Position numbers and translations under genes: made by a program | Notes under the pieces: generated by a model | Database searches by the model: none | The model's input: the letters and a program-made list of their open reading frames with translations, nothing else | What the model was told of the DNA's origin: nothing | Assembly (NCBI GenBank): GCA_050954325.1 | Contig: JBPBPG010000002.1 | Coordinates: forward strand, 1,005,371-1,069,370 | Source: Janthinobacterium lividum | GTDB lineage: Bacteria > Pseudomonadota > Gammaproteobacteria > Burkholderiales > Burkholderiaceae_C | Length of the DNA: 64,000 bases | Direction of reading: 5' to 3' | Shown here: positions 17,739 through 25,287 of the stretch, piece after piece | Layout of the letters: every line of letters starts with the position of its first letter | Position numbering within the stretch: position 1 is the stretch's first letter

Positions 17739-18586
17739 GCGTTGCTCCCACGAGGTTGGGTTTGTGCCTGCGCCTGACCGGCGGCCATGTTCTTGCGCAG
17801 CGTCGGCAGGCCGACACCGGCGGCGTCGAAGCCGCCGTCGACCGCGATCACCTGCCCGTTGATGAAGCTCGCGTCGTCGCTGCACAGGAAGCCGATCGCG
17901 TTGGCCATCTCCTCCGGCGTGCCGTAGCGGCCGAGCGGAATGGTGTCGTAGTAGTCCGAGCGGATCGCCACGCTGTGCACCAGCTTCGCCATCTCGGTCT
18001 CGACCGGGCCGGGCGCGATCACGTTGACGCGCACGCCGGAATTGCCGAACTCGACCGCGTACTGCTTGGTCAGGTGGATGATCGCTGCCTTGCTGGTGCC
18101 GTAGGCCACCCGCAGCGTGCTGGCACGCAAGCCGGAGATCGAGGCCACGTTCACGACCGCGCCGCCCTGGCCGGCATCGACCATCAGCGCGCCGAACGCC
18201 TGTGTGCACAGGAAAGTGCCGTCGAGGTTGGTGCCCAGCACATGACGCCATTCCTCGAAGGAGGTGGTCAGCGCGGTCTTGAACACCGCGACGCCGGCGT
18301 TGTTCACCAGCGCGTCGACGCGGCCGAAACGTGCGATCACGGCCCTGGCCGCGTCGCCGACCCGGGTCGGGTTCGACACGTCGCAGCGCAGGCCGAGCAC
18401 GGTGTCGGGCAGCGAAAGTTCGGCGATGGTCCTGTCGAGCGTGTCGCCGTCGTGGTCGAGCAGCGCCACCCGGTAGCCGTGCGCGAGGAACCAGCGGCCG
18501 ACGGCCAGACCGATGCCGCGCGCGCCGCCGGTGACGACGGCGACGCGGGCGTTTTCGCCGGAGGTCGCAGTGGTGGAATTTGTCAT
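17735..18586 (-). CDS. classical SDR oxidoreductase
   Basis: TGGARGIG, NNAG, YGTSK motifs. Confidence 0.92.
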   Translation of the reverse strand: MTNSTTATSGENARVAVVTGGARGIGLAVGRWFLAHGYRVALLDHDGDTLDRTIAELSLPDTVLGLRCDVSNPTRVGDAARAVIARFGRVDALVNNAGVAVFKTALTTSFEEWRHVLGTNLDGTFLCTQAFGALMVDAGQGGAVVNVASISGLRASTLRVAYGTSKAAIIHLTKQYAVEFGNSGVRVNVIAPGPVETEMAKLVHSVAIRSDYYDTIPLGRYGTPEEMANAIGFLCSDDASFINGQVIAVDGGFDAAGVGLPTLRKNMAAGQAQAQTQPRGSNA

Positions 18587-18629
18587 GTGTCTCTTCGTCT
18601 CTGTTTGTCTTCGAAGGGAAGTCCGGCGA

Positions 18630-19040
18630 TCAGACGATCGCCGTGGAGGGCAGCCACTCTTCGAGCGTGACCTCGAAGGTGACGCAGACCGGGTTGGCGC
18701 CGGCGACGAACGGCCCGCCGAACAGGCGGCCTTCGGTGTCCGCCACCACGCCGCTGAGTGCGGCGCGCGTCGAGCCGTCGGGCTGCGCGCGCACCTCGCC
18801 GGCCAGGCTGACGATCTCGATCGCCGGCCCGCGGATCACCCGCGGCGTGCCGGCTGCGTCTTCCAGGCAGGCGTCGACCAGGCTGCCGAGCGCGCCGCGC
18901 ACGAAGGCGTTGCGGAAGCCCTGTGCCACGCAGAGCTTCTCGATGCTCTGCACCAGGTCCTCGTTGGGCGCGATGCGGGCGTAGGCCACGCGGCCCATGT
19001 CGCCGCGCTCGACCAGTCGGAAATCAGACAGTGCGGACAT
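18630..19040 (-). CDS. PPC/DUF296 domain protein (His-less copy)
   Basis: ARIAPNEDLVQSIE...GALGSL...EIVSLAG pattern of PPC domains; own RBS (AGAGGAG) before ATG at 19040. Confidence 0.75.
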   Translation of the reverse strand: MSALSDFRLVERGDMGRVAYARIAPNEDLVQSIEKLCVAQGFRNAFVRGALGSLVDACLEDAAGTPRVIRGPAIEIVSLAGEVRAQPDGSTRAALSGVVADTEGRLFGGPFVAGANPVCVTFEVTLEEWLPSTAIV

Positions 19041-19584
19041 CGGTGCTCCTCTTGTGGGGCCGCATCAGCGGCATGCAGGTTTCCTCGTCGAAGCCGATGC
19101 GCAGCTCGAAACTGTCGAGCGCGTTGACGACGACCGTGATCGGCGCGCGGCCGACGCGCGTCCGGTCGGTCAGGATGTGGCCACCGCGCACCGTGCCGTC
19201 GGCCGTGCGGAAAGCCGCGTGGCAATGGACGGTCGGCGTGCCCTCGGCGGTCTTGCCGAGCGTCGCGTTGCCGAAGATCAGGCGTGCCTGCGATTCGCTG
19301 TGCGGCGGCCCGTACATCGCGACGCGACGCCCGCTCGGGTCGGGCTGCGCGAGGCAGAAGCCGAGGTCCTGGAGGTCGCCGCCGAGCAGCGTCATGGAAG
19401 CGCTGGTCACGCCCTCCTGCGCCAGGGCGTCGACGAGGGCGTCGTGGATCGTCTCGCCGCTCGGCAGCGAGAGGCGGAAGTGCCGACCCCGCGCGTCGCT
19501 CATGTGGTCGATGCGCACGGCGTCGCTGGGCCCGGGATGGACGAGGGTGCGGGCGCGCGGGAATGCGGCCGGTCGGTCCTGCAT
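19024..19584 (-). CDS. PPC/DUF296 domain protein (HxH...GGH metal-site copy)
   Basis: VHCHAAF...VRGGHIL PPC signature. Confidence 0.75.
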   Translation of the reverse strand: MQDRPAAFPRARTLVHPGPSDAVRIDHMSDARGRHFRLSLPSGETIHDALVDALAQEGVTSASMTLLGGDLQDLGFCLAQPDPSGRRVAMYGPPHSESQARLIFGNATLGKTAEGTPTVHCHAAFRTADGTVRGGHILTDRTRVGRAPITVVVNALDSFELRIGFDEETCMPLMRPHKRSTDVRTV

Positions 19585-19679
19585 GTCTTTGTCTCCTTGC
19601 GCCGTGCTGTGTGCCGGCGCCGTTCGGTATGGCCGAAAGTCTAGGAGTGGATATCGATAGGCGCAAATTTACAATTCAA

Positions 19680-19694
19680 ATCGATCGATCCGAT
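19680..19694. promoter_or_regulatory. LysR-type T-N11-A dyad box
   Basis: ATCG-N7-CGAT perfect dyad just upstream of the LysR gene, between divergent genes. Confidence 0.55.
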
Positions 19695-19704
19695 AATCAG
19701 ATCG

Positions 19705-20634
19705 ATGGAAATCCGCCATCTTCGTTGTCTGGTGGCCTTGGCCGAAGAGCTTCATTTCGGCCGGGCCGCCAAGCGCCTCAACCTCTCGCAGCCGCCGGTG
19801 AGCCTGGCCATCAAGGAGCTGGAGGCTGAATTGGGCGTGACGCTGTTCGAGCGCACCTCGCGCCGCATCGCGATCACGCGGGCGGGCGAACAGGCACTGC
19901 GCGACGCGCGCGTGGTGCTGGTCGGCCTGGAGACGCTGCGCCGGCGCGCCCGCGACGCGGCGGCCGGGCTCATGGGATCGATATCGCTCGGCTTCATCAG
20001 CCTGCCGGCCTACTCCTTCCTGCCCGGCGCCCTGCGGCAGTTCTCGGACGACAACGAACGCGCCGAGATCGCGCTATGGGAAGGCACGACCGACCAGATC
20101 ATCGGCGACGTCGAAGCGGGCCGGCTCGACCTCGGGCTGGTGCTGCAGCCGTCGAGCCTGCCCGCGACGCTGGTCTCGCGGCTGGTGCAGAACGACGCGC
20201 TGATCCTCGCGATGCCGCAGGCCCATCCGCTGGCCGGGCCGGGCGCCGCCAGCGTCGCGCTCAAAGGCTTCGCCAGCGAACGCTTTCTCGGTTTCGAGCG
20301 CCACTTCGGCCCGCAGATGTTCGACGCGATCGTCGCGACCTGCATGCGACGCGGTTTCAGCCCGCGCATGTTCCCGGCGCGGCAGATGAACACGATCGTG
20401 AGCCTGGTGTCGGGCGGCGTCGGCGTCGCGCTGGTGCCGGCGTGCGTGGAGGCACAGCACCGGGAGGGGGTGGTGTATCGGCCGATCCAGGGGGAGAAGA
20501 CGTATATCGATACGTTGGCGGTGTGGCGGCGGGAGGACGATTCGCCGTTGCTGCGGGCGTTGCTGGCGTTGTTGCCGGTGTTGGGGGACGCCGGCGCCGA
20601 TGTCGGCGCGAAGCCTGGAATCGACTTGGATTGA
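19705..20634 (+). CDS. LysR family transcriptional regulator
   Basis: LAEELHFGRAAKRLNLSQPPVSLAIKELEAELGVTLFERTSR HTH. Confidence 0.95.
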   Translation: MEIRHLRCLVALAEELHFGRAAKRLNLSQPPVSLAIKELEAELGVTLFERTSRRIAITRAGEQALRDARVVLVGLETLRRRARDAAAGLMGSISLGFISLPAYSFLPGALRQFSDDNERAEIALWEGTTDQIIGDVEAGRLDLGLVLQPSSLPATLVSRLVQNDALILAMPQAHPLAGPGAASVALKGFASERFLGFERHFGPQMFDAIVATCMRRGFSPRMFPARQMNTIVSLVSGGVGVALVPACVEAQHREGVVYRPIQGEKTYIDTLAVWRREDDSPLLRALLALLPVLGDAGADVGAKPGIDLD

Positions 20635-20724
20635 ATCCGGCCCATCGCAGTCCAGGACGCGTCCTAGATCGCCGCGACCGGCAGATACCTAGATTTCGGC
20701 TCTTCATCGATCCAGGAGAACACC

Positions 20725-21237
20725 GTGCGCATGCCATCCCTATATTCGACGCCGTCCGCCCTCGTTTCGCAGCGCGTTGCGACGAGCGAGCCTCCAACCG
20801 ACGGCAGGCCGTCAGCGAAAAAATTCACTCGCGATCACGCTCCATCCGCGCGTTCGACAAATGCATTCAACGCGACGTCCGCGGTGCGGGACAAGGGCGG
20901 CATCGCGCCGAACAACACGACCTACGACAGCGCCGTTCCACTGGCCAACGAGGCCCTGTCCTTCTGGCCGATCGGAGCGTCATGGAACTCGGCCATCAAG
21001 CTGGGACCCGTCAATGCCGAGCGGTCCGGCTTCCACGCATTGCGAATTCAAGGCGTCGGCAACGAAATCCATACTTCCGTCCAACAGAACGGCGTCGTTC
21101 TACACAACCTTGGTTTTTTCCGCGGCATGAACAGTGCTGCCCAGATCGATTTCGACGGCCAACTGCTGACACCGAATTCTCCGACCGACCACCTCGAGAT
21201 CGCCCGGTCCGTCGCATTCGAAGCAGCAAGTGCGTGA
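20725..21237 (+). CDS. orphan hypothetical protein (170 aa), Ser/Pro/Thr-rich N-terminus
   Basis: GGAG RBS 6 nt before GTG at 20725; visibly more AT-rich codon use than the neighbours; no family recognised. Confidence 0.65.
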   Translation: MRMPSLYSTPSALVSQRVATSEPPTDGRPSAKKFTRDHAPSARSTNAFNATSAVRDKGGIAPNNTTYDSAVPLANEALSFWPIGASWNSAIKLGPVNAERSGFHALRIQGVGNEIHTSVQQNGVVLHNLGFFRGMNSAAQIDFDGQLLTPNSPTDHLEIARSVAFEAASA

Positions 21238-21265
21238 TCGACGGCGCCCCGGTCGAGCGGTGTGA

Positions 21266-21778
21266 TCAGTCGATGAAAGGCAGCGTCGCGACGGGCTCCC
21301 ACGGCCCGCCGACGTAGTTCCAGATCTGAAGTCCCGTCGCCGTGATCAGCCGAGGCGTGAAGCCTCTCTGGAGCTCCGCATGCAGCGCCCGCGCGACCGC
21401 CAGCTCGACCTTGTTCTGGACCGTGATATGGAGGCGGCCATGCCAGGCGCTGTCCTGACGCGACAGCAGCGGACGCCACCGCGCGGCGAGTTCACCGCGA
21501 ACGCGCACGGCTTGCGGCGACGCGACCCCGTACGCGACGCCGCGGCCGAGGAACAGCAATCGGTCGGCGGTCATCTCGAAGGCCTGGGTCTGCTGCACGA
21601 CGTCGGCGACGTCGCGCAATACGGCGTCGAGCGCCTCCATCGGCAGCGCGTGGAACAACGTCAGGTGGGCAGAGAGCCAGTTGCGCCCGGACGGAAAGTG
21701 GGCCTGTCGCAACGACGTGAAATGCTCGGCCGAGACAGGGTCCATCTGCAGGGTGACGATCAGGGCCGTGGCGTTCAT
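21266..21778 (-). CDS. 2H-phosphoesterase (2'-5' RNA ligase family) protein
   Basis: Two HxT motifs (AHLTLF, LHITVQNK); ATG at 21778 overlaps the upstream stop. Confidence 0.8.
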   Translation of the reverse strand: MNATALIVTLQMDPVSAEHFTSLRQAHFPSGRNWLSAHLTLFHALPMEALDAVLRDVADVVQQTQAFEMTADRLLFLGRGVAYGVASPQAVRVRGELAARWRPLLSRQDSAWHGRLHITVQNKVELAVARALHAELQRGFTPRLITATGLQIWNYVGGPWEPVATLPFID

Positions 21779-22968
21779 GGGATCGATGACGTCCGCGTCG
21801 CGCCGACCAGCCGCGCCCGGCCCGCGCCCGCACCCACGAACGCCAGCACGGCGCCGACCGCGCAGAACAGCAGCGCCGACGCGCCGAAGCTGCCGGTTCC
21901 GGCGCGGATGAGCCCGACCGCCATCGGCCCGCAGGCCGCGACGAGGTAACCGATGCCCTGCGCCATGCCCGACAGATGCGCCGCGACGTGCGAATCCGGC
22001 GACCGCATCACGATCAGCGTGAGCGCCAGCGCGAAGGTCCCGCCCTGCGCCAGGCCCAGCAGCACGGCCCAGGCCCAGATGCCGCCCAGCGGCGCGAACA
22101 TGCAACCGAGCATAGTCGCGATCGTCATCGCCACCAGTCCGACGGTCATGCCGACCTGATCGCGCTGGCGGAACGCGAGCGCCGGCACCAGCAGGCAGGT
22201 CGCGAGCTGCGCGAGCACCGACACCGACACCACGAAGCCGGCCGTCTCGGCCGACAGCCCACGCTCCCGCAGGATCGGCGCCAGCCAGCCCATCATCGCG
22301 TAGGCGAGCGACGACTGGAGCCCCATGAACAGCGTGACCTGCCAGGCCACGCGGTCGCGCCAGAGCCCGCGCACGGTGTGGCCGGACTCGCTCGCCAACG
22401 GCCGGCTCGACAGCGCGTGCGGCGCCCAGAGCAGCGTGGCGACGAGCGCCGGGACGGCCCAGACCGCGAGCGCGGCGGTCCAGCCGCCGCCCATCGCGTG
22501 CTCCAGCGGCACCGTCAGCCCCGCGCCGGTCGCCGCGCCGCCGCACACGGCCATGGTGTAGAGACCCATCATCAGCGCCGAGCGATCGGCAAAATCGCGC
22601 TTGACCAGGCCGGACAGCAGCACGTTGCTCACCGCGATCCCCGCACCGGCCAGTGCCGACGCGACGAACAGCACCGCGACGCTGCCCGTACCCCGCAGCG
22701 CCGTGCCGAGCATGATGAAGACCATGCAGCCGAGCAACGCGCGTTCCATGCCGAGGCGGCGCCCCAGCGCCGGCGCGAGCATCGCGAACAACCCCAGGCA
22801 GACCACCGGCAGCGTCGTGAGCGCGCTGGCGCCGGTGGCCGACAGGCCGGTCGAGGCGACGATCTCCGGCAGCACCACCGAAAGGCTGGAGAAGACGGGC
22901 CGGAGGTTGAAGGCAATCGCGACGATGCAGGCGCCGAGGAAGATTCTGCGGGAGGTGACGGAGATCAT
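21775..22968 (-). CDS. CynX/NimT family MFS transporter
   Basis: AFNLRP, LTTLPVVCLGLFA, LFMGLQS, about 12 TM segments. Confidence 0.88.
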   Translation of the reverse strand: MISVTSRRIFLGACIVAIAFNLRPVFSSLSVVLPEIVASTGLSATGASALTTLPVVCLGLFAMLAPALGRRLGMERALLGCMVFIMLGTALRGTGSVAVLFVASALAGAGIAVSNVLLSGLVKRDFADRSALMMGLYTMAVCGGAATGAGLTVPLEHAMGGGWTAALAVWAVPALVATLLWAPHALSSRPLASESGHTVRGLWRDRVAWQVTLFMGLQSSLAYAMMGWLAPILRERGLSAETAGFVVSVSVLAQLATCLLVPALAFRQRDQVGMTVGLVAMTIATMLGCMFAPLGGIWAWAVLLGLAQGGTFALALTLIVMRSPDSHVAAHLSGMAQGIGYLVAACGPMAVGLIRAGTGSFGASALLFCAVGAVLAFVGAGAGRARLVGATRTSSIP

Positions 22969-23047
22969 TTGGGCGCCATGAGAGAGGGCGAATCCTAACG
23001 ATCCCGCGGAGGTGCGTCAGAATTCCGTTCACACAACGGAGACAACC

Positions 23048-24076
23048 ATGCCCTCATTCGACCTTCATCTCGCGCTCGTCGCGCCGCCGACGCGCCGCCG
23101 CGCGGTCCTCACCGCCGCCGTCGCATCGGCTTGCGCCATCGGCCTGTTCGGATCGCCCGCGGCGTTCGCGCAGGACGCCTGGCCGACCCGCGCCATTACC
23201 GTGATCGTGCCGTTCCCGGCCGGCGGCACGACCGACATCGTCGCGCGCTTCGCCGCCCAGGCGCTGTCGCAGGAACTCGGACAGCCGGTGATCGTCGACA
23301 ACCGCCCCGGCGCCGGTGGGAACATCGGTGCGCAGGCCGTCGCGCGCGCCAACCCCGACGGCTACACGCTGGTGATGGGCACGGTCGGCACGCACGCGAT
23401 CAACCCGTCGCTCTACAGGAAGATGCCGTACGACCACATCAAGGACTTCGCGCCGATCTCGCGCGTGGCCGCGGTGCCGAACATCCTCGTCGCCAACCCC
23501 GCGCAGCCGTACAAGACCGTGAAGGAACTGATCGCCTACGGCAAGGCCAATCCCGACAAGCTCACCTTCGCTTCGTCGGGCAGCGGCACGTCGATCCACC
23601 TGGCCGGCGAACTCTTCAAGTCGATGACCGGCGTGACGATGCAGCACATCCCGTACAAGGGCAGCGCGCCGGCCCTGACCGACCTCATGGCCGGCCAGAC
23701 CAACATCATGTTCGACAACCTGCCCTCGGCGATCCAGTTCATCAAGGCCGGCAAGCTGCGCGCCATCGCGGTGACCACGAGCAAGCGCGCGCCGCAATTC
23801 CCCGACCTGCCGACGATCGCCGAGGCCGGCGTGCCCGGCTTCGAGGCCTCGTCGTGGTTCGGCCTGCTCGCCCCAGCCGCCACGCCGCCGGCCATCGTCA
23901 AGCGCATCGACGACGCGCTGATCAAGGCGATGAAGACCACCGACCTGTCGAAGAAGATCGCCGAACAGGGCGGCGAACCGATCGGCGAGACGCCCGACAA
24001 GTTCGCGGCCTTCATCCAGGCCGAAACCGCGAAATGGGCGAAGGTCGTGAAGGAATCGGGCGCTTCGGTGGACTGA
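23048..24076 (+). CDS. Bug/TctC tripartite tricarboxylate transporter substrate-binding protein
   Basis: IVPFPAGGTTDIVAR, VDNRPGAGGNIG, PDGYTL, HIPYKGSAPAL. Confidence 0.93.
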   Translation: MPSFDLHLALVAPPTRRRAVLTAAVASACAIGLFGSPAAFAQDAWPTRAITVIVPFPAGGTTDIVARFAAQALSQELGQPVIVDNRPGAGGNIGAQAVARANPDGYTLVMGTVGTHAINPSLYRKMPYDHIKDFAPISRVAAVPNILVANPAQPYKTVKELIAYGKANPDKLTFASSGSGTSIHLAGELFKSMTGVTMQHIPYKGSAPALTDLMAGQTNIMFDNLPSAIQFIKAGKLRAIAVTTSKRAPQFPDLPTIAEAGVPGFEASSWFGLLAPAATPPAIVKRIDDALIKAMKTTDLSKKIAEQGGEPIGETPDKFAAFIQAETAKWAKVVKESGASVD

Positions 24077-24093
24077 CCTCGAAGCCGACGCAG

Positions 24094-24513
24094 ATGCAGC
24101 CAGCGACTCCACCGCCCTTCCCGATCCGCACGGAATGCCCGCCGGGCGCCTGCGTCTGTGCGCGGGAGGCTTTGCTGGGCGCGACCTCGGGCGACCTGCG
24201 GGTGCTCCGGCTCACGCGCGACGAGGAAAAGCGTCTGCTGGAACGGCTGGAAACGCTGGACAGTCTGGTCGGGTTGAGGCGCATCGAAGCGCGGCTCGCG
24301 GAGCAGCTGGGCATTCGGCTGCGGATCACGGTCGGGCCGCGAGAGGTGCGGACGATTCGCGGCATCGCCGTGCTGGTCGTGGAACAGCCGGGACTGTGCA
24401 AGAAAACGAGGCAGTCGATTCCTGCGGCGATTCGCACGAGCATGGAGCGGAATCCGCAGATCGTGTTCGATCTGCTCGATGAGCAGGGGCTGTTCGGAGG
24501 TGCCGCGCCATAG
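24094..24513 (+). CDS. conserved hypothetical protein with Cys cluster (CPPGACVC...PGLCKK)
   Basis: ATG at 24094; protein-like sequence; function not recognised. Confidence 0.7.
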   Translation: MQPATPPPFPIRTECPPGACVCAREALLGATSGDLRVLRLTRDEEKRLLERLETLDSLVGLRRIEARLAEQLGIRLRITVGPREVRTIRGIAVLVVEQPGLCKKTRQSIPAAIRTSMERNPQIVFDLLDEQGLFGGAAP

Positions 24514-24584
24514 TTCGAACGGCAGCCAGCAGCAGGCCGCCTGTAACATGATGAAACCAATCTGCAGCGGGAATCCACCTCTTC

Positions 24585-25043
24585 ATGAAAAGTCTGATCT
24601 TCCTCATCGTGCTTTTGGTCATCGCAGCCGTCGCGTCAGCAGCCTTCAAGACAAAGGCGTCGAACACGCAAGACAAACCGCGGCGCAAGCGACTGCTGAC
24701 CGATCGGGAGCAAGTCATGTACAGCCGGTTGACGCAGTCGCTGCCCGATCTGCATGTCCTGCCGCAAGTCGCGTTCAGCGCATTGCTTGCTGCGACATCG
24801 CGCGCAACGCGAAATACCTTCGACCGGAAAGTCGCCGACTTCGTGATTTGCGACGCCGCCTTCCAGGTGCAAGCCGTCGTCGAACTCGACGACAAGAGCC
24901 ACAAGGGAAGAGAACGGCAAGACGCGCAAAGAGACAAGAAACTCGCCGACGCGGGGTATCGCGTGCTCCGGTATTCGCAAGTCCCCGACATCGTCAAGGT
25001 CAGAGCGGATTTCGCTCCGCCGCCGATCCTCAAAAAAACGTGA
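24585..25043 (+). CDS. DUF2726 domain membrane-anchored protein
   Basis: N-terminal TM helix, LLTDRE..MY..L, VLPQVAF, ADFVICD, VELDDKSH. Confidence 0.85.
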   Translation: MKSLIFLIVLLVIAAVASAAFKTKASNTQDKPRRKRLLTDREQVMYSRLTQSLPDLHVLPQVAFSALLAATSRATRNTFDRKVADFVICDAAFQVQAVVELDDKSHKGRERQDAQRDKKLADAGYRVLRYSQVPDIVKVRADFAPPPILKKT

Positions 25044-25076
25044 TTGGACGCTTGCGAAATGAGCTGCGCAAGAAAA

Positions 25077-25107
25077 AAGCCCTGCTGATCAAAAATCAGC
25101 AGGGCTT
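25077..25107. terminator. bidirectional rho-independent terminator
   Basis: 13-bp stem AAGCCCTGCTGAT/ATCAGCAGGGCTT flanked by an A-run on the left and TTCTT on the right. Confidence 0.85.
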
Positions 25108-25115
25108 CTTCGTCT

Positions 25116-25208
25116 TGGCGGAACCGGAGGGATTCGAACCCTCGATGAGGCTCTACACCCCATACTCCCTTAGCAGGGGAGCACCTTCGGCCACTCGGTC
25201 ACAGTTCC
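25116..25208 (-). tRNA. tRNA-Ser(GCT)
   Basis: GGAACTG acceptor ... CTCCC-CT-GCT-AA-GGGAG anticodon arm, long variable arm, GGTTCGAATCC T-loop, encoded CCA. Confidence 0.97.
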
Positions 25209-25287
25209 TGAGCCATCGATTATGCCAGCTTATGAAAGCGTTTCCGCTTCACGTAACGGCATTTCGCTCATTCATCTTCAGGCTGGA

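Noticed and set aside
19024-19040. Frameshift splitting a single two-domain PPC gene (pseudogene)
   Set aside because: The second ORF has its own strong RBS and ATG, and both halves look intact, so two genes are more likely.
20635-20724. PIP/hrpII box upstream of the orphan gene
   Set aside because: Only one TTCG half-site is present, and no partner at the required 15-16 nt spacing.
22965-22979. Mini-ORF MAPK-stop overlapping the cynX ATG
   Set aside because: No RBS upstream and only four codons; probably chance.
25116-25140. tRNA-Ser 3' end as attL/attR of an integrated element
   Set aside because: No second copy of the tRNA 3' sequence and no recombinase were found in the window.
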